NCBI GenBank assembly: GCA_965370555.1
Contig: CBDUVB010000006.1
Coordinates: 2,372 to 66,371, forward strand
Direction of reading: 5' to 3'
DNA length: 64,000 bases
Source: an uncultured bacterium
GTDB lineage: Bacteria; Bipolaricaulota; Bipolaricaulia; UBA7950; UBA9294
Both the position numbers and the translations under genes were made by a program. This document shows positions 9,073 through 18,129 of this stretch, piece by piece. The notes beneath the pieces were generated by a model. That model saw nothing but the letters and a program-made list of their open reading frames with translations, had not been told where the DNA came from and made no database searches. Position 1 is the first letter of the stretch. Each line of letters starts with the position of its first letter.

Positions 9073-10419
9073 GTGGGCTTTAGGTGTAGCCAGTGCGGCT
9101 ATCAATCGGTAAAGTGGCTCGGCCGCTGCCCGAATTGTGGCGAGTGGGACACCTTGCTCCCCCTTACCAAAGAGAGTAAAGATGGTCATGAGAGCTCCTC
9201 ATGGATCGGCGAGGAGCTTCTTCCCATCAGCCAGATCGACCTAGGAAAGGTCGAGCGCCTGACGACCGGAATCAACGAGATCGATCGCTTGTTGGGGGGT
9301 GGACTCGTCCCTGGTTCCGTGATCCTTTTCGGGGGAGAGCCCGGGGTGGGGAAATCGACCCTCCTCCTACAGGTGGCCCAGGAACTTGCTACGCGCTACG
9401 GGAATATCCTCTATATCTCGGGCGAGGAGTCGGCAGCGCAGATCAAGCTGCGGGCGAGTCGGCTAGAGGTAACAGACGATCACCTTTACGTCCTCTCCGA
9501 ACAGAAGCTGAGACTCATTCTCGCCGCAGTCGAGCAAGTGTCGCCACATATCCTGATCGTCGACTCGATTCAGACGACCCTCTCTGCAGATGTTCCCGGC
9601 GAGGCAGGGAGCATACGGCAGATGCGGGAGACGAGCGCCGAGTTGACCCGCCTTACAAAGGCGCGCAAGATGACGACTTTCCTCGTGGGACATATTACGA
9701 AAGGGGGAGCGTTTGCTGGACCAAAGACGGTCGAGCACCTGGTCGATGTCGCGCTCTACCTCGAGGGGAGCCGGGGAGAAGACGTGCGGATCCTCCGGTC
9801 GGTGAAGAACCGGTTCGGCGCGACGAATGAGATCGTTGTCTTCCAGATGCAGTCCAGCGGGTTGAGGGCGATCACCGACCCGTCCCGCTTCTTTCTCGAA
9901 GAGCACCAGGCAGAGTCCCGCGTGGGGACCGTCGTCGTTCCTGTTCTCGAAGGGACGAGGCCGATCCTGGTGGAGCTGCAAGCCCTGGTCTCACCGACAG
10001 GGGGTTATGGCACACCACAGCGCCGCTGCACAGGTTTGGATTACAACCGGGTGTTGTTGCTGTTAGCGGTCATCGAACGCCAACTTGGGGTGCACACCGG
10101 TGGTGCCGATGTCTACCTGAGCATCGCCGGAGGATTGGAGACCCGGGAACGCGCACTCGACCTAGGGGTCGTTGCGGCGGTCATCTCCAGCCTCCGCAAC
10201 CGCCCCCTTCCCAAGCGGACCGTTGTCATTGGAGAGGTCGGTCTCTCCGGAGAGGTGCGTGGGGTGAAGAAACTGCGCGAGCGGATCACCGAGGCAGGAA
10301 AACTCGGTTACGAACAGGTGATCATTCCAGCGAAAGGGAAACCTTCCTCGCGAACAAAGGTGGAGGTAGTTCCGGTGGCAACGATCAACGAAGCGATGGA
10401 CGCACTAGCGCTCGGGTAG
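9073..10419 (+). CDS. radA: DNA repair protein RadA/Sms
   Basis: N-terminal C4 zinc ribbon (CSQCGY...CPNCGEW), a RecA-like Walker A (GGEPGVGKST) and a C-terminal Lon-like domain. clpC-radA linkage is conserved in many bacteria. Confidence 0.9.
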   Translation: MGFRCSQCGYQSVKWLGRCPNCGEWDTLLPLTKESKDGHESSSWIGEELLPISQIDLGKVERLTTGINEIDRLLGGGLVPGSVILFGGEPGVGKSTLLLQVAQELATRYGNILYISGEESAAQIKLRASRLEVTDDHLYVLSEQKLRLILAAVEQVSPHILIVDSIQTTLSADVPGEAGSIRQMRETSAELTRLTKARKMTTFLVGHITKGGAFAGPKTVEHLVDVALYLEGSRGEDVRILRSVKNRFGATNEIVVFQMQSSGLRAITDPSRFFLEEHQAESRVGTVVVPVLEGTRPILVELQALVSPTGGYGTPQRRCTGLDYNRVLLLLAVIERQLGVHTGGADVYLSIAGGLETRERALDLGVVAAVISSLRNRPLPKRTVVIGEVGLSGEVRGVKKLRERITEAGKLGYEQVIIPAKGKPSSRTKVEVVPVATINEAMDALALG

Positions 10420-10422
10420 GAA

Positions 10423-10553
10423 GATTGAGCGATTGAATGATCGGATGATTGAGTGATTGAGTGATCGGATCATCGGGAGAATGGACGATTGAACGAGCGG
10501 AAGATTAATGCATAAGGAATCGCTAAATCATTTAATCACTCAATCACTAAATA
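10423..10553. repeat. Composite imperfect-palindromic intergenic element, copy A (tandem TGATTGAG-type octamers, 26-nt core, inverted TCAATCAC arm)
   Basis: Tandem gattgagY units (gattgagtgattgagtgatcgg), a core gattgagtgatcggatcatcgggaga, then ttaatcactcaatcactaaat as the reverse-complement arm. Related copies lie at 27182-27222 and 60414-60546. Confidence 0.7.
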
Positions 10554-10569
10554 GATCTAGGGGGGAACA

Positions 10570-11397
10570 ATGAACGATACTCGCATGGAGACGTTGGAGA
10601 AGGCGGTCGCCGCGCTCAAGGTGCGACTCCCGAAAAAACCAGAGGTTGCGCTTGTGCTCGGATCGGGCCTCTCCGAGGCGTTCGGTATTCCTGAGGGAGG
10701 AGTGCGCATCCAATGGGGAGAGATCCCTGGATTTCCGCTTCCGACCGTGGCCGGACACAGCGGAGAATTCTGGGCCGGGGAGATCCACGGGAAGATGGTC
10801 CTCGTCCAGCGAGGACGGACACATTTCTACGAGGGCTACTCCTTGGATGAGGTCGTTTTTGCCACGCGGCTCTTCGCCCTCCTCGGGATCAAGACTCTCA
10901 TCGTGACCAACGCTTCAGGAGCGATCAACCGCGAGTACTCTGCTGGGGATCTTGTACTTATCTCCGATCACATCAACATGTTGGGAGAAAACCCATTACG
11001 CGGAAGTAACCTGGATAGACTCGGACCGCGTTTCTCCGACATGTCCGCCGCCTACAGCCCACGCCTGCGCACACTGGCCAAAGATACAGCAAAAGAGGAG
11101 AAGATTGCGCTGCGAGAAGGAGTATACCTTGCCGCACTCGGACCTTCTTACGAGACCCCAGCCGAGATTCGTGCCTTTCGCGCCCTGGGAGCAGACCTTG
11201 TAGGAATGTCGACCGTTCCCGAGGTGATCGTCGCCGCACACGCCGGCATGGAGGTCCTCGGGATCTCCTGTGCGACGAACCTCGCCGCGGGAGTCGATCC
11301 TGAGGCATCTCTTTCCCATGAGGAAGTGATCGAGACGACCCGGCGCGTGGGAAAGACGATGCGACGGCTGTTGCTCGCGGTGATCGATCAACTGTAG
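10570..11397 (+). CDS. Purine nucleoside phosphorylase (PNP/MTAP family 2, trimeric PunA-type)
   Basis: 275 aa with conserved PNP-I family blocks (…GSGL…, …VGMSTVPEV…). Confidence 0.85.
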   Translation: MNDTRMETLEKAVAALKVRLPKKPEVALVLGSGLSEAFGIPEGGVRIQWGEIPGFPLPTVAGHSGEFWAGEIHGKMVLVQRGRTHFYEGYSLDEVVFATRLFALLGIKTLIVTNASGAINREYSAGDLVLISDHINMLGENPLRGSNLDRLGPRFSDMSAAYSPRLRTLAKDTAKEEKIALREGVYLAALGPSYETPAEIRAFRALGADLVGMSTVPEVIVAAHAGMEVLGISCATNLAAGVDPEASLSHEEVIETTRRVGKTMRRLLLAVIDQL

Positions 11398-11493
11398 ACA
11401 GTGTGCAGTAGTTCTTTCGGGCTTCGATGCTTCTTAACAGCTTATCTACACTAAAGCAGTGAAGAATCAAAAAAAATAGCGGTGTTGCGTGCC

Positions 11494-11521
11494 TTGCATC
11501 GCTTAAGTCCCTCTGTATAAT
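11494..11521 (+). promoter_or_regulatory. Sigma70-like promoter for gdh (TTGCAT -35, 16-nt spacer, TATAAT -10) with an upstream A-tract
   Basis: Near-consensus hexamers seen in sequence, about 85 nt upstream of the gdh start. The A8 run upstream resembles an UP element. Confidence 0.5.
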
Positions 11522-11523
11522 CT

Positions 11524-11572
11524 CGCCGCCGCGATAGGGGTAGGGGCCTTCCCCAGCCCTTTGCAGCGGCGA
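11524..11572 (+). promoter_or_regulatory. GC-rich nested hairpin in the gdh 5' leader
   Basis: CGCCGCCGC...GCGGCG outer stem enclosing GGGGCC/CCCC and GGG/CCC inner pairs. It sits immediately downstream of the -10 element and upstream of the RBS AGGAGG. Confidence 0.4.
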
Positions 11573-11603
11573 ATCGTTTTGACGACTTTAGGAGGTCGTA
11601 GAT

Positions 11604-12860
11604 ATGGCCAATGGCCCAACGTTGAACCCGTTTGAGATTTCCCAACGGCAACTGGATAAATCGGCGGAGAAACTCAATCTCGATCCGAGCGTGCACGCGC
11701 TTCTGCGCGAGCCGATGCGCACCCTCGAGGTTCACTTTCCCGTCAAGATGGACGATGGAACGACGAAGATGTTCACCGGGTTTCGTGTGCAGTACAACGA
11801 TGCACGCGGTCCCACAAAGGGCGGTCTCCGCTTTCACCCGGAGGAGACGATCGACACTGTAAGGGCACTTGCGGCGTGGATGACGTGGAAGTGCGCCGTA
11901 GTCGACATCCCGTACGGTGGAAGCAAAGGTGGGGTAATCTGCAACCCTAAGGAACTCTCCACCGAAGAATTGGAACGCCTCTCCCGCGGTTACATCCGTG
12001 CCATCGGTCGCTTCATTGGTCCAGAGCGGGATATTCCGGCACCGGATGTCTATACAACGCCGCAGATCATGGCCTGGATGATGGATGAGTACTCCAAGAT
12101 AGTCGGGTACAACGCGCCAGGGGTCCTCACCGGGAAACCGATCCCACTTGGGGGATCGCTTGGGCGTGGCGATGCTACCGCTCGTGGTGCTGTTTACACG
12201 ATCCTCGAAGCTGCCAAGGTGATCGGCCTCAACCTGAAGGGTGCGACCGTCGCCGTGCAGGGGTACGGAAACGCCGGTTACTTCGCTGCGAAACTGATGG
12301 AAGAGCTCGCAGGGAGCAAGGTTGTAGCTGTCACAGATTCGCGCGGTGGAGCATACTCAGCTGATGGCATCGACCCCGAGGCGGCGTTTCAATACAAGAA
12401 GGAGACCGGGTCTGTTTCCGGATTTACCGGTGCGAAGGCGATCAGCAACGCAGAGATCCTCGAACTCGACGTGGACGTGCTGATCCCCGCGGCGATCGAA
12501 AACGTAATCACCGAGAAGAACGCTGGTAATATCAAGGCGAAGATCATCGCCGAGGCGGCGAACGGACCGACCACCCCTGAGGCGGATGAGATCCTTTACA
12601 AGGCTGGGAAGTACATCATTCCTGACTTCCTGTGCAATGCTGGCGGTGTAACCGTCTCCTACTTCGAGTGGGTACAGAACATCGGTGGATACTACTGGAC
12701 TTTGGAGGACGTGCATGCGCGGCTGCAGGAGAAGATGATCCTCGCGTTCCATGACGTTCACGAGATGGCGCAGAAGAACAACGTCGACAACCGCACCGCG
12801 GCGTACATGGTCTCGGTTCAGCGGGTTGCCGAAGTGATGCGCCTGCGCGGTTGGGTCTAG
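11604..12860 (+). CDS. gdhA: Glutamate dehydrogenase (Glu/Leu/Phe/Val dehydrogenase family), copy 1
   Basis: Dimerisation-domain K/G-rich motif (…[11 protein letters not shown]…), catalytic Lys region, GGSKGG and the NAD(P) Rossmann fold GYGNAG. 418 aa. Confidence 0.9.
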   Translation: MANGPTLNPFEISQRQLDKSAEKLNLDPSVHALLREPMRTLEVHFPVKMDDGTTKMFTGFRVQYNDARGPTKGGLRFHPEETIDTVRALAAWMTWKCAVVDIPYGGSKGGVICNPKELSTEELERLSRGYIRAIGRFIGPERDIPAPDVYTTPQIMAWMMDEYSKIVGYNAPGVLTGKPIPLGGSLGRGDATARGAVYTILEAAKVIGLNLKGATVAVQGYGNAGYFAAKLMEELAGSKVVAVTDSRGGAYSADGIDPEAAFQYKKETGSVSGFTGAKAISNAEILELDVDVLIPAAIENVITEKNAGNIKAKIIAEAANGPTTPEADEILYKAGKYIIPDFLCNAGGVTVSYFEWVQNIGGYYWTLEDVHARLQEKMILAFHDVHEMAQKNNVDNRTAAYMVSVQRVAEVMRLRGWV

Positions 12861-12892
12861 CCCATCTGTTGAGCAAACCGGAAATGAATATG

Positions 12893-12934
12893 AGGCGGGC
12901 CTCTAACAAGAAGAGACAGGCCCGCCTTTTGTTT
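12893..12934 (+). terminator. Intrinsic terminator downstream of gdh copy 1
   Basis: GGCGGGCC...GGCCCGCC stem followed by TTTTGTTT. Confidence 0.65.
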
Positions 12935-12984
12935 CTGAGCGTAGGCTTGCCAAGCAAACCCTATAGGTCTAAAATGCAGATAGA

Positions 12985-13731
12985 ATGACTATCAACGCCA
13001 CAATGATCGAGGAGAGAAGAGAGTTTCTGGCGAGTAGCTTCCCCTCTCTAGAACCAGCAGAAATCGATGAATTACAGCGTATATCCCTTGCGGTTAACTA
13101 TGATAAAGGAGAGCTCATCGCTCAAGAGGGATCTTATGCTGCCGGAGTATATATCGTACAATCCGGGCTCGTCTCGATCGGCAAGTACGCGAGCAAAGGC
13201 TGGGAGAAACGCACTCTCCGGTTCCTGGCGATCGGTGAGATGTTCGGCTTGGAGACGGTCTTTCTAGAACGGGAACCAGTTAATGTGCAGTTTGCAAAAG
13301 CGCTCATGGAATCCTCTTTAGTCTTCTTCGAGCGATCGAATATTCTTGCCTTTAGTAAGACTCATCCCCGTCTGTTTGCAGATCTATGCCGGTGGCTTTC
13401 TCGCGAGGTGATAATGCTCGAATTCAAGCTCACCCGCGAGACAATTGAATCGATCGACCGCAACCTGGCTCTTCTCCTCATAGCATTGACCAATAAGTAC
13501 GGGAAGAAGGAGGGGACAAGCCTTGTCCTCAATCTGCCAGTCTCCCGTCAGACCCTGGCCGAGATGATCGGAGTATCTATTGAAACCTTAATGCGCGCGC
13601 TTAAGCGGTTCCGAGAGAGAGGTTTGATTGAAACAGCACAGAGCCGAATTATCGTCACCGATCTGGAGGGTCTGAAAGAGAGAGCCCGCATTACATCGTT
13701 TTACCTATCCATCATTGAGGAGACCCTCTAG
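12985..13731 (+). CDS. Crp/Fnr family transcriptional regulator
   Basis: N-terminal cNMP-binding beta-roll and a C-terminal HTH (…SRQTLAEMIGVSIETLMRALKRF…). Confidence 0.85.
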   Translation: MTINATMIEERREFLASSFPSLEPAEIDELQRISLAVNYDKGELIAQEGSYAAGVYIVQSGLVSIGKYASKGWEKRTLRFLAIGEMFGLETVFLEREPVNVQFAKALMESSLVFFERSNILAFSKTHPRLFADLCRWLSREVIMLEFKLTRETIESIDRNLALLLIALTNKYGKKEGTSLVLNLPVSRQTLAEMIGVSIETLMRALKRFRERGLIETAQSRIIVTDLEGLKERARITSFYLSIIEETL

Positions 13732-14417
13732 AGCACTTGACTCGTGTCGGCCAGCCAGAGGTGCAATGCTTCTGGAGAGAGGTTGATCGGTGTCTCTGAA
13801 GATGAGACTCCAGGGAGTGAAGTGATTATGCGAATTGCTTTGGCGTTTGATAGTCCAAATAAGCGCGCGAGAATCATTGGTGTGACCTTTGGAGGGAGAA
13901 GGATGTTCCCGTTTTCCGTCCTCTGTCCATATTCGTCTGCTAACTTGAGGAGCAGGTTGCACATTCGTTCTTCGATCGATGCACGACCTGAATATGTAGG
14001 CTGTTGCTTTAGGGAGTAAAAACGCTTAGCTAAACCCTGTAGACAATGGCGTTTGACCTCGTCCTCTTCTCCAAGTATCTCCAGAAACAACTCCCGCTCA
14101 AAGAAGAACAGACTGGTTTCAGTGACAGCACGGGCACAACTAAGGTGAAGATCGGAGGGAGGATCTAATAGAATCTCCAATCCTACGAGGTTGCCCGGTC
14201 CAAGGATCTCCGGGAGAGGGAGTTGGAGGGGATTGCCTGAAGATGTGCACTGATCGCTCACCAGCCCATCGGCTATAAGATAGGATCCGGCTGCGTAAGT
14301 CCCTGCCTGGTAGATCAGTTCGCCCTGCGGATAGCGAACGTGAAGAGGAGAATAAGTCTCGCTGATCCTGTTCCAGTCAACTTGCTCAGTCATCCTTTTC
14401 TGGCTTGTGTTTTTCAT
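13728..14417 (-). CDS. Crp/Fnr family transcriptional regulator, second copy, convergent and overlapping the first by 4 bp
   Basis: cNMP-binding domain plus a C-terminal HTH (…TPMILARLFGLSNAKAIRIITSL…). Confidence 0.8.
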   Translation of the reverse strand: MKNTSQKRMTEQVDWNRISETYSPLHVRYPQGELIYQAGTYAAGSYLIADGLVSDQCTSSGNPLQLPLPEILGPGNLVGLEILLDPPSDLHLSCARAVTETSLFFFERELFLEILGEEDEVKRHCLQGLAKRFYSLKQQPTYSGRASIEERMCNLLLKLADEYGQRTENGNILLPPKVTPMILARLFGLSNAKAIRIITSLPGVSSSETPINLSPEALHLWLADTSQVL

Positions 14418-14753
14418 GCTCCCCTAGATGATTCTACTACCACGCTTTGCCCCCACCAATGTGAGGCGACAGGAAAGATAGAGGTATATATACAGGATGA
14501 GAGGGCGCATAGACCCGATTCTCGATTTTCAAACGACAGGGCATACCCTATCATTTAGCCATTCTTTCCTGCCGTGGTTATGCAGATAAACTGTGAAAAA
14601 GACAGGCCGTTTTCTCTACTTTATCAGGTCGAAATTCCGTCTTCTCTTAGGAGTGTAGGTGCAAAAATGAACTCGTGCCCCTGTCTCTTACCCTACCAGC
14701 GACACGGGTCGTCTGCTACCCTTCTGCTCGGAGGTGGACGCCTTATGGCACTT

Positions 14754-16049
14754 AACAAAACGATAGAGACCGTGCAAGAACGGTCATTAGGAACCCAAGT
14801 CAACCCTTTTCATATGCTGCTACAGCAGTTGGATCTGACACGTGAACATACCGGTATTCCCAGCGGGATCTGGGAGATCCTGCGCCAGCCTGAGCGTGCG
14901 CTCGAGGTGAGCGTACCGATCACGCGCGACGATGGGGAGATAGAGGTGCTAACCGGTTATCGAGTTCAGTACAACAGCGCACGTGGCCCCTGCAAAGGGG
15001 GTATTCGCTACCATGCCGGGGTTACACTCGATGAGGTAAAGGCGTTAGCAGGGTGGATGACATTGAAGTGCGCGGTGGTGAACATCCCGTATGGTGGGAG
15101 CAAGGGAGGGATCGCTTGTGACCCGACGCGCTTCTCCGAACGGGAGATCGAACGGGTCACCCGTTGCTACACCGCTCGCATTCTCCCCCTCATCGGGCCA
15201 AAACAGGACATCCCCGCACCAGACGTCAACACAAACGCCTCGGTTATGAACTGGATCGTAGATACCGCCAGCACGCTGCGGGGTGAAGCGCTTCCCGGCA
15301 TCGTGACGGGGAAGTCGCTCGAACTCGGAGGTGCGCTTGGACGACGAGAGGCGACCGGACGTGGGGTGATGTTCACCACCATGGGCGTCCTACAGCGACT
15401 CGGGATCGATATCACGCAGGCTCGCATCGCAATCCAGGGATTCGGTAACGTCGGATCTATCGCGGCGCAGCTCCTGACCGATCAGGGAGCCAAGGTAGTA
15501 GGGATCAGCGATGTCTCTGGCGGTTATTACTGCCCAACCGGATTTGATATCAACGATGTCCTTCGCTACGTAGAAACCTCGCCCGGACATCTCCTTGCCG
15601 GTTACAGCGTTCCTGGGATGGAAGAAATCACAAACGATGAACTACTCACCCTTGATGTCGATGTGCTGATACCTGCCGCATTGGAGGCACAGATTACCTC
15701 GCGGAACGCAGCAGATGTCAAGGCAAAGGTCATTGTGGAAGGGGCGAATGGCCCCACCACCCCTGAGGCAGACCTTATCCTCGCTGAAAAGGGAGCCGTT
15801 ATCGTCCCCGATATCCTTGCGAACGCAGGAGGGGTTGTCTGCTCGTACTTCGAATGGGTACAGAACATTCAATGCTTCGCTTGGGAGGAGAAGGAGACTA
15901 ACCAACGACTCGGTCGAATCATGCAGCGTGCGATAGCTGAGGTGTGGGATCTATCCACCGAACGCCAGATCTCCTTACGGTTGGCCGCATTCGTACTCGG
16001 CGTGGAGCGCGTAGCGCAAGCGACCAGCCTGCGCGGCGTCTTCCTGTAA
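14754..16049 (+). CDS. Glutamate dehydrogenase, copy 2 (paralog)
   Basis: Same family signatures as copy 1 (…GPCKGGIRYH…, GGSKGG, GFGNVG). The start was moved to ATG 14754, because the ORF-track upstream extension lacks an RBS and is non-homologous. Confidence 0.85.
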   Translation, partial: NKTIETVQERSLGTQVNPFHMLLQQLDLTREHTGIPSGIWEILRQPERALEVSVPITRDDGEIEVLTGYRVQYNSARGPCKGGIRYHAGVTLDEVKALAGWMTLKCAVVNIPYGGSKGGIACDPTRFSEREIERVTRCYTARILPLIGPKQDIPAPDVNTNASVMNWIVDTASTLRGEALPGIVTGKSLELGGALGRREATGRGVMFTTMGVLQRLGIDITQARIAIQGFGNVGSIAAQLLTDQGAKVVGISDVSGGYYCPTGFDINDVLRYVETSPGHLLAGYSVPGMEEITNDELLTLDVDVLIPAALEAQITSRNAADVKAKVIVEGANGPTTPEADLILAEKGAVIVPDILANAGGVVCSYFEWVQNIQCFAWEEKETNQRLGRIMQRAIAEVWDLSTERQISLRLAAFVLGVERVAQATSLRGVFL

Positions 16050-16069
16050 CGCAATCGGAAAGACCGGAG

Positions 16070-16642
16070 ATGAGGATGAGCTTCAACACCCCGAGTGGCC
16101 TACTCGCCGCAGAGCTCGAAGCCGAAGTGCTGCTCGATCGCGCACTGATGTTCTGTGCCGATCGGATGCATAGATCGGGGGACCAAGTGGTCCAGGCACT
16201 ACGGGAAGGTGAACCGGAAGTTCATAGCACATTCAGATATGCTGTCGCCAAGGGTTTAGGAGGTTATCTCGGCAACCTCGGATGCGATTTCCGTGCTTTC
16301 TACCTGTACGGAAGCGCGATGAACGGCGAGGCAGGAATCGCTTCGGACATCGATCTGATCATTGTAGTCGAGCACAAACTGGACCAAGTACGCCGTTTGT
16401 TACAGCGGTTGGATCTAGCACTAGTGACATCCTACAGGTCGCTGCTTGGATTGACCTCTGGTCCAGTTACACTCCTCGATGTTCACCTCGTGGATGTTGA
16501 AGAAAGAAAAATGCGCCATGGCTACGGAGCTGTCCTCTGTTCATCGGAGACAAGTCCCGTCTGTCTGTGGCGTTTATCTCCTAAAGTCTCGGGGCCCCTG
16601 TTGGTTAGGGGGCCCCGGTCTGTTTTCAACGTGCGTGGATGA
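16070..16642 (+). CDS. Pol-beta superfamily nucleotidyltransferase-domain protein with an ~80-aa N-terminal extension
   Basis: GSAMNGEAGIASDIDLIIV is the GS...SDIDL nucleotidyltransferase signature, with a downstream acidic LLDVHLVDVEE segment. The start was moved to ATG 16070, right after the gdh2 stop. Confidence 0.65.
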   Translation: MRMSFNTPSGLLAAELEAEVLLDRALMFCADRMHRSGDQVVQALREGEPEVHSTFRYAVAKGLGGYLGNLGCDFRAFYLYGSAMNGEAGIASDIDLIIVVEHKLDQVRRLLQRLDLALVTSYRSLLGLTSGPVTLLDVHLVDVEERKMRHGYGAVLCSSETSPVCLWRLSPKVSGPLLVRGPRSVFNVRG

Positions 16643-17606
16643 AGAACTGCTTCATCTCCTCTGGATGATAAAGATCAAACTGCACCAGGCTCAGCACGTC
16701 AAGGTGTGTCTGACTACCTGGGTTAACACAGCGGGTCCGCCCGAGATCGACCTTATAATCCCCAGTGACAACGGATTCGTGGCAGTGTCCTGATAGAGCG
16801 AGGTAGGGTTGAACACGCTCAATGAACCGCCTTATCTCCACACTCCCTACATGATCAGAGAGGGAGAGGTAATCGTACCGTCCGCGTGGTGTGGTCCAAT
16901 CGAGAGGTGTGTTGTAGGGAGGTGCATGGAACAGGTGAATCGTCTGAGCGGGATTGTACGATATCTCCTCGTCCGTCCGTGCGTTTCTTCTGAGGTAGGC
17001 TTCGAAATCCTCAAGGTCGTCAGCGATCGTTGAGAGGTGCCCTCTTGCATCGGTAGTGATCCCCATCTCGTAGATATCCATGGTGGAATCCATTCCCATC
17101 GGACGCAACTTGACTCGATTCTCGTATTTCACCCAGTCCATCAGTAAATGGCCACCCGGAGGAACGTAGGGGTAGCCCGCTACCCACAACCGAGGGACTT
17201 CGCCTGGAAAGAAGGCCTGCTTCTGGTGTGAGTCCCGCAGTGCGACCAACCGGTCATTCAACAGATGGAAGTTTGGCATCTCCTTGTCGAAACCCTCTAA
17301 CAACGGTTCATTCGCTCGGCGGTCATCATTCCCCATGATCACATACACATCGGCGTGCCTATGATCGAGCAAGAAACTGGAGCAAAGGGGAATAAACTGT
17401 TCGATAAAGAACTCTTTCTGCAGAACCACCCCTTGATCCTCGCTTCTGCGATCTCCTGCCCCTTTAAGGTGGCCTCGGAGGGAATTCGGGGCAAGATCAC
17501 CGGTGATAAAGATCGAGGTAAGTTTCCACAGGTCAGCCACCCGAAACAGAAGTTCATAGAGGAGTATGTTCCCGTGCAGATCAGTCACAGTAACAGATTG
17601 CATCAT
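16626..17606 (-). CDS. Calcineurin-like metallophosphoesterase
   Basis: DLHGN, GDL, GNDD and GHCHE metal-ligand motifs in canonical order. 326 aa. The 3' end overlaps the convergent nucleotidyltransferase gene by 17 bp. Confidence 0.75.
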   Translation of the reverse strand: MMQSVTVTDLHGNILLYELLFRVADLWKLTSIFITGDLAPNSLRGHLKGAGDRRSEDQGVVLQKEFFIEQFIPLCSSFLLDHRHADVYVIMGNDDRRANEPLLEGFDKEMPNFHLLNDRLVALRDSHQKQAFFPGEVPRLWVAGYPYVPPGGHLLMDWVKYENRVKLRPMGMDSTMDIYEMGITTDARGHLSTIADDLEDFEAYLRRNARTDEEISYNPAQTIHLFHAPPYNTPLDWTTPRGRYDYLSLSDHVGSVEIRRFIERVQPYLALSGHCHESVVTGDYKVDLGRTRCVNPGSQTHLDVLSLVQFDLYHPEEMKQFFIHAR

Positions 17607-17639
17607 GATCCTTTCAGGGTATCCCCCAATCCGCCGATG

Positions 17640-17942
17640 TCAAGTAAAGATCCTTCGCCCTCCCCTATCGTGTTGTCGGTTGAACTGCTGTGCGTATACA
17701 TAGTTCAGCTCTCGCATTCCTTGGGATAGATTGGCATTCGGGATTTCAAGAAGCAAGCGATAATGGTTATCCATCAGGCAATACGCGTGACACAGCCACT
17801 TATGCCGATTCACAACCGCCGCAAGGAGATCCAGGAATACCCTTCTATTCGCATCATTGAGAAAGATCGATTGCTTGGCGTTTCCCCGCGAGGCAATGTG
17901 GTATACTGCACTAGGATATTCTATGCGTGAGGGCCGTGCCAT
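17640..17942 (-). pseudogene. 5' fragment of an IS200/IS605-type (REP-associated-like) Y1 transposase gene, truncated before the catalytic tyrosine
   Basis: ...YHIASRGN...CLMDNHYRLLL... (HuH-type motif) ...NRQHDRGGRRIFT then stop. Full-length enzymes continue with a GHLWQGRF(K/Y)-type catalytic helix, which is absent here. The metallophosphoesterase gene starts 34 bp downstream. Confidence 0.55.
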
Positions 17943-18000
17943 GAGAGGATACTCCAGAGATGCGATTTACAAATCAAGATGCGACCCCTTGGTTTTTCAT

Positions 18001-18129
18001 AGGCGCGGAGAGATCTACGTGGCGGATCTAAGTCCGGTACGAGGGCATGAACAAGGAGGAACTCGTCCGGTTCTCGTCATCCGCATATTCGCACCAAGCT
18101 GCGGGGTATCCAGCGGAGAACTCCTGTAA
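18001..18129 (+). pseudogene. N-terminal fragment of a PemK/MazF-family toxin gene
   Basis: [27 protein letters not shown] matches the MazF/PemK N-terminal consensus (GdIwxvdfdPtxGxEqxGxRPxlVl). There is no start codon in frame and the sequence diverges right after VLVI. The histidine kinase start overlaps it. Confidence 0.5.

Noticed and set aside
6654-10419. clpC-radA adjacency as something unusual
   Set aside because: clpC followed by radA is a well-known conserved arrangement in many Gram-positive and other bacteria. Ordinary housekeeping synteny.
10423-10553. Possible CRISPR array (short direct repeats TGATTGAG)
   Set aside because: Units are only 8 nt, directly abutting with no unique spacers, and are mirrored by an inverted arm. 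This is a palindromic repeat element, not a CRISPR. No cas genes are present in the window.
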